NCBI GenBank assembly: GCA_041740355.1
Contig: JBGSMD010000038.1
Location: 119,223-183,222 of the forward strand
Reading direction: 5' to 3'
Source of the DNA: Bdellovibrionota bacterium
GTDB taxonomy: Bacteria; Bdellovibrionota_C; UBA2361; CALJRW01
DNA: 64,000 nt
Shown here: positions 42,477 to 52,169 of the stretch, in pieces
How positions within the stretch are numbered: the first letter of the stretch is position 1
Layout: every line of letters starts with the position of its first letter
Position numbers and translations under genes: made by a program
Notes under the pieces: model-generated
Database searches by the model: none
The model's input: the letters and a program-made list of their open reading frames with translations, nothing else
What the model was told of the DNA's origin: nothing

Positions 42477-43091
42477 TCAACAAATTAATGGAGTTAACTT
42501 AATAAGTCCAGTTTCCGTAAGTAAATAATCCATTTTTTGATCATGATCTTCTATTGGGAGTTGTTGGGTAATTTGACAGTCAAGAGCCACGCCAATTTTA
42601 ATCAGTTTAGATGGTAACGGGTAATTCGCTAAAAAGCGATCATAAAAACCCAAGCCTCGGCCTAGTCTATTACCAAGGAGATCAAAACCAAGTCCTGGAA
42701 TTAAAGCAATGACTAATTGAAAGTCACTAGCTAAGAGTTCCTGAGAGTTTGTTGGCGCTAAGATTCCATACTTTCCTAAAGTCAGGTTTTCCTTAAGTTC
42801 TAAAAATTTAAGATAAGATTGATCAGATATCTGCGGTAAGAATATCTTGGAGCTTAATCCAAGATCTTTAAGTATCTCAGTAAAATTAACTTCTCCTCGA
42901 AAATGGGGCTGATATGCCAAGATTGCCAAGCCACTTGGGGAAGTAATATTAATTTGTTTCTTTATGAAAAGCCTTAGGTGTTGAGGAACCCTCGCTTGGG
43001 CTTCTGCTAGTTGGGAAGTTGTTTGTTGTTGCAGGATCCCGCGAAGTGCTAGTCGAGCTGCCGATTTGTTAAGAAATGGGGTGGTGGTCAT
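42477..43091 (-). CDS. ygfA: 5-formyltetrahydrofolate cyclo-ligase
   Basis: [23 protein letters not shown] and EDHDQKMD. Confidence 0.92.
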   Translation of the reverse strand: MTTTPFLNKSAARLALRGILQQQTTSQLAEAQARVPQHLRLFIKKQINITSPSGLAILAYQPHFRGEVNFTEILKDLGLSSKIFLPQISDQSYLKFLELKENLTLGKYGILAPTNSQELLASDFQLVIALIPGLGFDLLGNRLGRGLGFYDRFLANYPLPSKLIKIGVALDCQITQQLPIEDHDQKMDYLLTETGLIKLTPLIC

Positions 43092-43126
43092 TAGCCAAAA
43101 GCTCAGAGTGAATGATAATAGTTAAC

Positions 43127-43156
43127 TTGCCATTTTTCTTGGATTATTGCTATAAC
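43127..43156 (+). promoter_or_regulatory. Putative sigma70 promoter for secY
   Basis: TTGCCA-18-TATAAC with a TGn extension. Confidence 0.4.
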
Positions 43157-43257
43157 ATTCCTTCTTGTTTTCGATAATAGTCTATATAGGTAGGCTTCCA
43201 AAGTGCTTGCTTTTTGCACAAACACTTTTGAAATTTACTTTAAAATTTGAACAAAAA

Positions 43258-44601
43258 ATGATTTCCAGCTTGGATAATATTAAGCAAATTCCTGAACTAA
43301 AAAAGAAAATTTGGTTTACACTTTTTATGCTAGCCGTTTACCGTCTAGGAGTTTTTGTTTCTACTCCTGGGATTAACGTAGAGGCCCTACGTAACATGTT
43401 TCAACAGGCTGGGGGAACACTCTTCGGTCTTCTAAATATGTTTTCCGGTGGATCGTTAGAAAACTTTTCGATCTTCACTTTGGGGATCATGCCTTACATT
43501 TCAGTTTCGATCATTATGCAGTTTATTACTCCGGTTGTTCCGGCCTTAGATGCTCTTAAGAAAGAAGGACAGTCTGGGCAGAAAATAATTACTGGTTATA
43601 CTAGAAAGGCTACGATTCTATTGGCATTATTCCAAGGTTTTATGATTGCTAAAGGATTAGAATCTCAAGGCTTGGCATTAGATCCCGGTTGGAATTTTCG
43701 TATTTCCACAATGATGACCTTAACTGCTGGGACAGCATTCATTATGTGGTTAGGGGAGCAAATCACTGAGCGCGGTATTGGTAATGGAATTAGTATGATT
43801 ATCTTCGCTGGTATTATCGCACGGATGCCACAGGTAATGATGGAAACTTTAGCTTTAACCAGAACTGGGGAAGTTAGTCCTTTCGCTATTTTGTTTATCT
43901 TAATATTTGTCTTTGCAACTGTTGCGGCCATCGTTTTTGTTGAGAAATCTCAACGGAAAATCCCTGTACAGTATCCGCGAAGAATGGTTGGTAATAATAT
44001 GGCTCAAGCCCAGACCCAGTTCTTGCCATTAAAGGTCAATATGGCAGGTGTAATTCCACCAATTTTTGCCGTGGCATTTTTATCATTACCGGCAACGATT
44101 GCGCAGTTTAATCCGGATAATCTAATACTTGCTGATATCATGGCATTTATAGCTCCAGATAGCTGGCCGTATGCTGTTGTTTACACAACACTAATTTTTG
44201 TCTTCTGTTATTACTATACTTCAATTATGTATAATCCAAAGGAAGTAGCAGAGAACTTGAAGAAGCAAGGTGGTTTTATTCCTTCAGTTCGTCCGGGAGA
44301 ACAAACTGCGGAGTTCTTGTATGGGGTTCTTAATCGCCTAACTTTTTGGGGGGCAATCTACATCGCTGCCATTTGTTTAATTCCACAGTTCATCTATTTA
44401 GAGCTTAACACGCAGTCCTTTGCTTATATTTTTGGTGGTACGGCAATTTTGATTGTAGTGTCAGTTACTTTGGATTTAGCTTCTCAGATTCAATCACACG
44501 TTATGGGTCAACAGTATCAAGCTTTCATGGAAAAAAGTTCCAACAATAAAGTTGGTGCTGTGTCGATGAGAAAATTAAGATCAAAGGCTCTGAAAAGATA
44601 A
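43258..44601 (+). CDS. secY: Preprotein translocase SecY
   Basis: LGIMPYISVSII, WLGEQITERGIGNG, FIPSVRPG and GGTAILIVV. ATG 43258 preferred over the ORF-track start. Confidence 0.99.
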   Translation: MISSLDNIKQIPELKKKIWFTLFMLAVYRLGVFVSTPGINVEALRNMFQQAGGTLFGLLNMFSGGSLENFSIFTLGIMPYISVSIIMQFITPVVPALDALKKEGQSGQKIITGYTRKATILLALFQGFMIAKGLESQGLALDPGWNFRISTMMTLTAGTAFIMWLGEQITERGIGNGISMIIFAGIIARMPQVMMETLALTRTGEVSPFAILFILIFVFATVAAIVFVEKSQRKIPVQYPRRMVGNNMAQAQTQFLPLKVNMAGVIPPIFAVAFLSLPATIAQFNPDNLILADIMAFIAPDSWPYAVVYTTLIFVFCYYYTSIMYNPKEVAENLKKQGGFIPSVRPGEQTAEFLYGVLNRLTFWGAIYIAAICLIPQFIYLELNTQSFAYIFGGTAILIVVSVTLDLASQIQSHVMGQQYQAFMEKSSNNKVGAVSMRKLRSKALKR

Positions 44602-44626
44602 ATTAGCTACTTAAGAGGAATACGCG

Positions 44627-45187
44627 ATGAATGTAATTGTATTACTGGGACCTCCGGGAGCTGGTAAAGGAACTCAAGCTAAGTTGCTAGCAAAGGCACT
44701 TAGTATTCCACACATTTCCTCCGGCGATCTTTTTAGAGAGGCGGTAGCTAGTGGTTGTCCTTTAGGGATTCAAGTTAAGTCTATAATTGACTCTGGTGAG
44801 CTAGTTCCCGACAACGTCTTAATGGATGTGGTTAAGAAACGGGTGTCGCAAGCAGATTGCAAAAATGGGTTTTTAATGGATGGCACACCTCGGACTATTC
44901 CACAGGCAGAAGCTTTTGGTGACTTGGTTAAGTCGATGGATGGCAACTTAAAAGTTGTTGAATTAGAGGTCCCTGAACAGTTATTAGTCGACCGTATTAA
45001 GCTTCGTTCTTTGGAGACTGCGCGTGCTGATGATAACCAAGAAGTGTTGATAAACAGACTAAAGGTTTATTGGAAGCAAACAGCGCCTCTTGTGGAATAT
45101 TATCAAAAAACTGGTCAATTAATTAAAATTGATGGGGATGGGACAGTAGATGGTGTCCAAAAGGCAATTTTAGATAGATTATCTTAG
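44627..45187 (+). CDS. adk: Adenylate kinase (short, LID-less type)
   Basis: GPPGAGKGTQ, HISSGDLFR, DGTPRT and RADD. Confidence 0.97.
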   Translation: MNVIVLLGPPGAGKGTQAKLLAKALSIPHISSGDLFREAVASGCPLGIQVKSIIDSGELVPDNVLMDVVKKRVSQADCKNGFLMDGTPRTIPQAEAFGDLVKSMDGNLKVVELEVPEQLLVDRIKLRSLETARADDNQEVLINRLKVYWKQTAPLVEYYQKTGQLIKIDGDGTVDGVQKAILDRLS

Positions 45188-45407
45188 CCGAAATTTCGAT
45201 AAGTGAGCGGGTAGACTTGCAATATAATCAAAAAATGTTAATATTTGCGCCCTTAGTAAATTATTGAAAAGAGACTTAATTAGAGTTGTATTTTCTGTTG
45301 CTTTTCTAGAGAGTTAGGAGAGTTTCGGTGTCTAATACTTAGTTAAGTAGTTTCGTTGGGCAAAATATTTTTTTGCCGTACTTGTGATTTTAAAAACAAA
45401 AGAGATT

Positions 45408-45524
45408 ATGAAGGTTAGAGCTTCAGTAAAAAAGATTTGTGATTATTGTAAAGTGATTCGCCGTAAAGGTACTGTTCACGTAATCTGTGCACGGAATCCA
45501 AAGCACAAACAAAGACAAGGTTAA
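45408..45524 (+). CDS. rpmJ: 50S ribosomal protein L36 (not in ORF track)
   Basis: Manual translation [38 protein letters not shown]. Confidence 0.98.
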   Translation: MKVRASVKKICDYCKVIRRKGTVHVICARNPKHKQRQG

Positions 45525-45534
45525 TAAAAATAAA

Positions 45535-45675
45535 CCCAGCGTTCTTCATTTTTGACAAAAAATGAAGAACGCTGGGCGAGCAAAATAATGGCTTAGCCAT
45601 TTTTTGCCGTAGAAAATAACATCAAACCCTCCTTTAATAAGTTTGTTATTTTCAGAAATATAAAGCGGAGGGTTT
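45535..45675 (+). ncRNA. Candidate cis-regulatory leader RNA upstream of rpsM (shared with the rpsL leader)
   Basis: P1 45535-45576 (19-bp perfect stem), P2 45580-45607 followed by CGUAGA, and P3 45624-45675. Confidence 0.7.
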
Positions 45676-45703
45676 ATTAAGATAACATTATAGAAGGAGA
45701 ATT

Positions 45704-46087
45704 ATGGCTCGAATTGGTGGTGTGGACTTACCAAAGAAAAAAAGAGTGGAATACGCGCTTACTTACATTTATGGAGTAGGGCTTACTAGCTCACGCCGTA
45801 TTTTAAATACTGCGGGAATCGATTTATCTATTCGCTCAGAAAGTTTAACAGATGATCAAGTTGCGTCAATTCGTACCTTGTTAGAATCTGGTGCTTACAA
45901 AATCGAAGGGGACTTAAGACGAGAGACACAATCAAACTTAAAGCGTTTGATGGATCTTGGTTGCTACCGTGGTCTTCGTCATCGTAAAGGTTTGCCTGCT
46001 CGTGGTCAAAGAACACGTACAAATGCACGCACACGTAAAGGTCCAGTTAAGCAAGCAGTTGCTGGCAAGAAAATGGTGAAAAAATAA
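45704..46087 (+). CDS. rpsM: 30S ribosomal protein S13
   Basis: [10 protein letters not shown] and [25 protein letters not shown]. Confidence 0.99.
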   Translation: MARIGGVDLPKKKRVEYALTYIYGVGLTSSRRILNTAGIDLSIRSESLTDDQVASIRTLLESGAYKIEGDLRRETQSNLKRLMDLGCYRGLRHRKGLPARGQRTRTNARTRKGPVKQAVAGKKMVKK

Positions 46088-46107
46088 TTTTATAATAGGA
46101 GTTTACC

Positions 46108-46509
46108 TTGGCTAAAGGAAAAGTTGTTGCTGTAGCAAAAAAGAAGAAAGCTAAAAAGAATGTTCCCGTAGGTTTTGCCTATGTGAATTCTACTTTTAAT
46201 AACACGATCGTTACGATTACTGATCCAACTGGAAACGTAATTTCATGGTCAAGTTCTGGAGCTCACGGCTTTAAAGGTTCTCGTAAATCGACGCCTTTTG
46301 CTGCTCAGGTTGCTGGAGAAAATGCTGCTCGTAAAGCTCGTGAAGCTGCTGGCATGCGTTCTGTAGTTGCTTATGTTAACGGACCTGGTGCTGGTCGTGA
46401 GTCTGCTCTTAGAGCTATCAACGGCGCTGGACTGTCGATTACATTAATCAAAGACACTACTCCGGTTCCACATAATGGTTGCCGACCAAGAAAAACTCGT
46501 CGCGTATAA
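46108..46509 (+). CDS. rpsK: 30S ribosomal protein S11
   Basis: [20 protein letters not shown] and PHNGCRP. TTG start after AGGAG. Confidence 0.99.
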   Translation: MAKGKVVAVAKKKKAKKNVPVGFAYVNSTFNNTIVTITDPTGNVISWSSSGAHGFKGSRKSTPFAAQVAGENAARKAREAAGMRSVVAYVNGPGAGRESALRAINGAGLSITLIKDTTPVPHNGCRPRKTRRV

Positions 46510-46578
46510 TTAGTTACAAACAGGGATTACAAATATTGCAACTTAAGTTTGCAGTAATATTTTGAGAATGGAGATTGC

Positions 46579-47604
46579 ATGAAGAAAGTAAGATTAAGTG
46601 ATATTATCAAGCCAAAAAGAATCGAAGTAGAGGACAGCTCTCAGGATGGAAGTTTTGGTAAATTTGTTGCTGAGCCTTTAGAAAGAGGTTTTGGTTTAAC
46701 AATTGGTAATGCCTTACGTCGCGTATTACTTTCTACTTTAGAAGGTTCTGCGATCACTTCAGTTCGAATTGATAAAGTTCAACATGAGTTCGCAACTATT
46801 TCTGGTGTTGTGGAAGATGTAACTGAAATCATCTTGAATTTAAAAGAAGTTGTAATTGACTTAAATGATAAGGATGTTGCAACTCTTCGCATTGTGAAGT
46901 CTGAAGCTGGTCCTGTTACTGCTGGAGATTTCGAAGGGGATCCTGCTGTAACTATCGTTAATGCTGCACAACACATTGCTACAATCTCTCCTGGAGGCAA
47001 AATTGAAATGGAAGTTACAGTACGTCGTGGACGTGGTTACGTAACTGCTGAGAAAAATAAAGTTGAAGGTGCTCCAGACGGAACAATCTTCATTGATTCT
47101 ATTTTCTCACCAATTCGCAAAGTAAATTTAAATGTTACTGATGCTCGGATTGGTCAAAGAACTGACTATGACAAACTTGTTCTTGAAGTATGGACAGATG
47201 GAAGTATTGAGCCACGAGTTGCTGTATCTCAAGCTGCTAACATTATTTATGATCAGTTAGCATTATTTGTTGGTGATGGCTTAATCGAAGTACAACAAGA
47301 AGTTATTACTGAGATGCCAAAAGCACAGCTGAATGAAAATCTTTACCGTCGAATTGATGAACTAGAATTAAGCGTGCGTAGCGCTAATTGTCTAGAAAAC
47401 GCTGATATTAAGTATATTTGCGAATTAGTCAGCCGTAGTGAAGGGGAAATGTTAAGAACTAAAAACTTTGGTCGTAAGTCTTTAAATGAAATTAAAGAAA
47501 TCTTGACTAAGATGAATTTAGGTTTGGGAATGGATATTGTTAGTATTCCATCACGTGAAGAGCTTGATCGCTTAGCTCGTGAAGGGTCAGCTGAACAACT
47601 TTAA
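46579..47604 (+). CDS. rpoA: RNA polymerase alpha subunit
   Basis: EPLERGFG.TIGNALRRVLL, LELSVRSANCL and NFGRKSL. Confidence 0.99.
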   Translation: MKKVRLSDIIKPKRIEVEDSSQDGSFGKFVAEPLERGFGLTIGNALRRVLLSTLEGSAITSVRIDKVQHEFATISGVVEDVTEIILNLKEVVIDLNDKDVATLRIVKSEAGPVTAGDFEGDPAVTIVNAAQHIATISPGGKIEMEVTVRRGRGYVTAEKNKVEGAPDGTIFIDSIFSPIRKVNLNVTDARIGQRTDYDKLVLEVWTDGSIEPRVAVSQAANIIYDQLALFVGDGLIEVQQEVITEMPKAQLNENLYRRIDELELSVRSANCLENADIKYICELVSRSEGEMLRTKNFGRKSLNEIKEILTKMNLGLGMDIVSIPSREELDRLAREGSAEQL

Positions 47605-47614
47605 GGATTAAGAC

Positions 47615-48019
47615 ATGCGTCATAAGAAAAATTTTAGAAAATTTAAGAGAGAGTCTTCTCACCGTGTAGCGATGCTAAACAACTTAGTTACGTCGCTCTT
47701 ACGTCACGAAAGAATTCAAACAACTTTGGCTAAAGCTAAAGATCTTCGTGGTGTAGTTGAGCCGTTAATTACAAAAGCTGGAAAAGATAATCTTCATAAT
47801 CGTCGTAAAGCTTACAATACAGTTTTTGATAAAGACGTTGTGCACAAATTATTCACAGAGCTTGGACCTCGATATGAAAAAAGAGCTGGTGGTTATACTA
47901 GAGTATTAAAAATTGGTGCTCGTGCTGGTGATGCTGCTCCGATGGCAATCATCGAATTAGTAGATTCACCGTTAGTTTCAAAATCTTTAGAAGAAGTTGC
48001 TCCGGCAGCTGAAGCTTAA
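47615..48019 (+). CDS. rplQ: 50S ribosomal protein L17
   Basis: MRH, HERIQTT.AKAK, GGYTRV and GDAAPMA. Confidence 0.99.
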   Translation: MRHKKNFRKFKRESSHRVAMLNNLVTSLLRHERIQTTLAKAKDLRGVVEPLITKAGKDNLHNRRKAYNTVFDKDVVHKLFTELGPRYEKRAGGYTRVLKIGARAGDAAPMAIIELVDSPLVSKSLEEVAPAAEA

Positions 48020-48024
48020 TATCG

Positions 48025-48112
48025 AAAGCCTTCGCCAACATTCCCTATTTATAATGTTTTTTTTAAGTTAATTCTTAAAAAAAATAGGGGAATTAGGCGG
48101 GGCTTTTTTTTT
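48025..48112 (+). terminator. Long-hairpin terminator after rplQ
   Basis: aaagccttcgcc...ggcggggcttt followed by a long T-run. Confidence 0.8.
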
Positions 48113-48141
48113 GTTCAAAAAATTTTACAGTTAATATTACT

Positions 48142-48912
48142 ATGAATTTAAAAGGTAAAAAATTTCTAATCCTTGGTGTTGCTAACGAAAAAAGTATTGC
48201 TTGGTCAATCACTCAAGCACTACATCAAGCAGGGGCAGAGCTTGCCATGACTTATGTTAATGAAGCAATTGAGAAACGTCTTCGCCCTTTAGCGGCCGAA
48301 GTTGATTGTAAACTAATTTACCCGTGTGATGTTCAAAGTGATGAAAGCTTAGACCAGCTTTTTGTTGATCTAAAAGCTACTTGGGGCAAGCTTGATGGCG
48401 TGATCCATTCAGTAGCGTTCGCTAATCGTGAAGATTTATCAAATCGTTTTTCTGCTACTTCTCGTGCTGGATTTAACTTAGCACTTGATGTTTCTGCATA
48501 TTCTTTGATTGCCGTAGCTGCTCGCGCCGCTGGTATGATGAAAGAATCAGGTGGAACAATATTAACATTAACTTACCTTGGTGCTGTTCGCGCAATTCCT
48601 AATTACAACGTGATGGGTGTGGCTAAGGCTGCACTAGAAGCTTCAGTTCGCTACCTAGCTGCTGATTTAGGTCAGGATAATATTCGCGTTAATGCAATTT
48701 CTGCTGGTCCAATTAAAACATTAGCTGCTTCTGGAATTCCAGGATTTAGAGAGATGTTAACTAAGTTTGCCGAAGCTGCACCACTTAAGCGTAATGTAAC
48801 TCAAGAAGATGTTGCTAAGTCAGCATTGTTTTATTTGAGTGATTATAGTTGTGGGATTACTGGTGAGATTACTTATGTAGATTGTGGGTTTAGTACTGTT
48901 GGTTTGATTTAA
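48142..48912 (+). CDS. fabI: Enoyl-ACP reductase
   Basis: GVANEKSIAW, YNVMGVAKAALEASVRYLA and SAGPIKTLAA. Confidence 0.97.
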   Translation: MNLKGKKFLILGVANEKSIAWSITQALHQAGAELAMTYVNEAIEKRLRPLAAEVDCKLIYPCDVQSDESLDQLFVDLKATWGKLDGVIHSVAFANREDLSNRFSATSRAGFNLALDVSAYSLIAVAARAAGMMKESGGTILTLTYLGAVRAIPNYNVMGVAKAALEASVRYLAADLGQDNIRVNAISAGPIKTLAASGIPGFREMLTKFAEAAPLKRNVTQEDVAKSALFYLSDYSCGITGEITYVDCGFSTVGLI

Positions 48913-48936
48913 ATTTCAATAAATTTTACTTACGAG

Positions 48937-48973
48937 AAAAAGACCTAAGGTTTAAAAACCTTAGGTCTTTTTT
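48937..48973 (+). terminator. Intrinsic terminator after fabI
   Basis: aaaaagacctaaggttt / aaaccttaggtcttttt. Confidence 0.9.
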
Positions 48974-49082
48974 ATTAATAGTATTATTCTCTAATTGGAT
49001 TAAAGTTTCTTTGCTCATTTCAATCCTAAATAAATAATGATTATTTCTTTATATCAATAAATATAATAGTTTTAAGTACATA

Positions 49083-49430
49083 ATGAATTACGATGAACTG
49101 ATATCTGAAATTCAAATACTTTCTGCTGCTGATGATGGTGTTCAATCGTTAATAAATCTTTTAATTAATTGGAAAATTGAAGAAACTGATGTTAATCAAC
49201 TTGTTGACTTGGTAGAAAGTTTCTTTGGTAATTCCTCGATTTCCAGTACTGAAATTCACAATTCTGTTTATAAACTGTGGTCAGATTATAAAACGGAGAG
49301 TATTGCCTCAATTAATGTTATGACTATGAATGAAAGGCTCTATCATTTTGGGTTATTTGATCAGTTTGATTCTTGTAATTCCGAAATCGAACGAAGAGTA
49401 ATTTATAAAAAACTGTCTGCGGTATTATAA
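49083..49430 (+). CDS. Hypothetical acidic protein
   Basis: 115-aa ORF with a C-terminal MTMNERLYHFGL.DQFD motif. Confidence 0.7.
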   Translation: MNYDELISEIQILSAADDGVQSLINLLINWKIEETDVNQLVDLVESFFGNSSISSTEIHNSVYKLWSDYKTESIASINVMTMNERLYHFGLFDQFDSCNSEIERRVIYKKLSAVL

Positions 49431-49525
49431 GCCATAAAATTAATATTGGAGATTCGTTCAATTTTGCATATTTGACAAATACTAAGACTATATTAATCTT
49501 GTAGTAATTCTAAATTCATTTATCC

Positions 49526-50110
49526 ATGAAAAAACTTCTAGTTACTTTTTTTGCAATCAATTTACTAGCCTGTGGTTTTCAATTCCAAGGTAGCGGAAGT
49601 ATTCTGCCAAGTTCGATCAAGACGGTTTATGTTAGAGAAGTTACTAATAATTCTACTGAGTCTCAAGCTGGAGTATTATTAACAGAAGCATTAAAAGATC
49701 GTTTCGATCGCTACGGTACTTTAAAAGTAGTGGAGACTGAATTATCAGCAGATGCCATATTAGTCTCTGAAATTTTTAAATTTGAAAGGCAAACAGCTTC
49801 GGTTACGGCCTCAACTGACACAGCTTTACAGCAAGATACCGTATTGGGTATTTCAGCAGAGTTGCTATCGAATACTGGTGTAACTTTATGGTCCAATCCT
49901 CGAATAATATTATCGCAAACCTATGGTACAGCAGCCAGCGCAGTTGTTACATCCTCTCCAGGGTTCTCAGCTAGTGGATTAAATTCAAATGATTTGCAGG
50001 GACTAAATGAGCGTGAGATTGCCCGTAGTCAGGAAGGTCAGGCTGTGGAGGACTTAACAGAGCTAGCTGCTAAAAAGATCTATGAGCAAGCAGTATTACC
50101 TGAATTCTAG
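49526..50110 (+). CDS. lptE: LptE-family LPS assembly lipoprotein
   Basis: Lipobox LLAC followed by GFQFQG and LPSSIKTVYV..VTN. Confidence 0.8.
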   Translation: MKKLLVTFFAINLLACGFQFQGSGSILPSSIKTVYVREVTNNSTESQAGVLLTEALKDRFDRYGTLKVVETELSADAILVSEIFKFERQTASVTASTDTALQQDTVLGISAELLSNTGVTLWSNPRIILSQTYGTAASAVVTSSPGFSASGLNSNDLQGLNEREIARSQEGQAVEDLTELAAKKIYEQAVLPEF

Positions 50111-50740
50111 TTTCTTTTGCTTCGAATATAAATTCTGTATGTACAGCATAAGACTAGAATAAAAAAGTAATTCATGAACCTCTTGCATTTTCATAATCTG
50201 GCTGGTTCCATTAAAAATAAAATTATCCACTTGTGAGATAGTCCAAATTACGAATGGCAGCATCGTGAAAAAAAACAGATAAAATTCTGGCATAAATAAT
50301 TTGTTCAGAAGTAATACGGGCTTTAAGTGCAAGCTTAAAATCGTGAGGCCGCTAAAGAGCATTAATCCCATCATGATTGTATTGTTTTTATAGATTATAA
50401 AGGAAAGATTGTGAAAGTTAAATTCCTGCTGAACATTGTGGGCTAAAAAAATTTTAGGAGCCTCAAAGTTAATAATTCGTTGTCCCCAAGATATTTCTTC
50501 GCATAGTATAACTGATAAAATACTTGCAACCACAAAAAAAATTTTTCGATAAGAAAGATTTTTCAAAGAAAAAATTCTCCATGAATAAAATATTGCCATA
50601 CCTAGCATTAAGATCTGCAGATTTTCAATCAGGCCATCTTCACTTAATAAGGGGTGTGTATTTTGAGATAATAGATAAAAAACAAAGAAAATCTCAGTAG
50701 CGATTGCAGGCAAGATTAATATTACAGATTTGAATTTCAC
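50096..50740 (-). CDS. Polytopic membrane protein with EEISWGQR motif
   Basis: EDGLIENLQ, EEISWGQR and N.QQEFNFHN, with about 6 TM segments. Confidence 0.75.
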   Translation of the reverse strand: MKFKSVILILPAIATEIFFVFYLLSQNTHPLLSEDGLIENLQILMLGMAIFYSWRIFSLKNLSYRKIFFVVASILSVILCEEISWGQRIINFEAPKIFLAHNVQQEFNFHNLSFIIYKNNTIMMGLMLFSGLTILSLHLKPVLLLNKLFMPEFYLFFFTMLPFVIWTISQVDNFIFNGTSQIMKMQEVHELLFYSSLMLYIQNLYSKQKKLEFR

Positions 50741-50750
50741 AAAGTGTATT

Positions 50751-51239
50751 TTAATCTGAGCAGTCTAAAGCTGAACCACCAAGTTTAGTTATTTTTCCAG
50801 TGTTATCATCGCTAAAGCCTGATGTAGTAAAGAAACTTTTTAACTGACCACCGCCACTACCTCCAGGAGAGCCCTGACAATGTCCTCCCGTTAAAATATA
50901 ACCATTTAGTGTACCGTTAGCATAATCAAAAGACCAACCAAGGCTTACTCCCTGCTGATGAGTAAACCCAGTAAAATTCGAATAAGAGCAATTTCCTGTC
51001 CCACTCGTGACACCAGACGGAGTAATAGAACCGTTACAAGTAATTCCATTTGAAGTAGCACCAAGGTAAGCTTCTATCGCTGTTCTAAAGTTATATATCT
51101 GGGCAATCGCCTCAGAATCTTTGGCTCTTTGACGATAGGAAGTAAACGCAGAAATTGCCATGGAAGCGAGAATACTTATAATCGCAATTGTTACTAACAA
51201 TTCAATTAATGTAAAAGCTTTTTTTGAGAATATATTCAA
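50751..51239 (-). CDS. Type IV pilin-like protein
   Basis: KKAFTLIELLVTIAIISILA class III signal peptide and C-terminal Cys pair. Confidence 0.88.
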   Translation of the reverse strand: MNIFSKKAFTLIELLVTIAIISILASMAISAFTSYRQRAKDSEAIAQIYNFRTAIEAYLGATSNGITCNGSITPSGVTSGTGNCSYSNFTGFTHQQGVSLGWSFDYANGTLNGYILTGGHCQGSPGGSGGGQLKSFFTTSGFSDDNTGKITKLGGSALDCSD

Positions 51240-51395
51240 TTGCTAAATCTTTAGAGAGTGAGAACCACTTAACCTATGCTAGCCAAGTGATTCCCCAATT
51301 ATAGCGTTGTTTTTTTGATATTAATATAATAAATTTTATTTTTATCTGATTATTATTTGGGAATGCAATTGCTGTTAACTTTTTATTTTAAAAGT

Positions 51396-52169
51396 TTAAA
51401 GACTAATTCGTTCCATCTCTAAACAATTCCCGCTAGTTTTATCAATTTTAGCTAGAATACCAGAAACCTTTTCTTCTCCAGTGCCTGGCTCAAAATGAGC
51501 AGGAACATCAAGGAATCTCTGAATCGCGGCTTGCTGGTCCATTCCAATAACATGAGCATAGCTTCCGCAAATGCCTAAATCTGTTACATAGCCTGTGCCT
51601 TTACTGATTTGATGATCGGCAGTTGGAACGTGGGTGTGTGTTCCAACTATTAGGCTAACTTTTCCAGCAAGAAATCTAAATAGAGCATACTTTTCTGATG
51701 TTGCTTCAGCATGAAAATCAATTACTTTAATTGGACAGTCAGCGAATTCTTTTTCAATTAACGATTCTGCTAGGCGGAAAGGGCAGTCACTAAGCGTTGG
51801 CATGAAAACGCGGCCAATGATATTTAAGACTGCAATCCTAGTCCCTTGAAATTCAATAATCGAATAACCTTTACCGCCGCTTTTAGTATAAAGATTTGCT
51901 GGGCGAATAATTTTTGGATTTTGATCAAGCACTGGAATGATTTTCTTTTCGTCCCAACAGTGGTCTCCTAGAGTAATGAAATCTACACCTGCTTTAAATA
52001 AATCATTAGCTATTTGAGGGGAGATGCCACGACCACCGGCCGAGTTCTCACCATTAACAAATAATAAATCGTATTGATATTTAGTTTTTAACTCAGGAAT
52101 TTTATCAATTAATATTTGACGACCAGATCGCCCAACTATATCTCCAAGAAAGGCGATCTTGATTGTCAT
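51396..52169 (-). CDS. ymdB: YmdB/TIGR00282 metallophosphoesterase
   Basis: GDIVG, NGENSAGG, DFHAEATSEK and GTHTHVPT. Confidence 0.93.
   Translation of the reverse strand: MTIKIAFLGDIVGRSGRQILIDKIPELKTKYQYDLLFVNGENSAGGRGISPQIANDLFKAGVDFITLGDHCWDEKKIIPVLDQNPKIIRPANLYTKSGGKGYSIIEFQGTRIAVLNIIGRVFMPTLSDCPFRLAESLIEKEFADCPIKVIDFHAEATSEKYALFRFLAGKVSLIVGTHTHVPTADHQISKGTGYVTDLGICGSYAHVIGMDQQAAIQRFLDVPAHFEPGTGEEKVSGILAKIDKTSGNCLEMERISL

Noticed and set aside
43092-43257. 6S RNA upstream of ygfA (common synteny)
   Set aside because: The gap is only 166 nt, contains the divergent secY promoter candidate, and shows no long rod structure.
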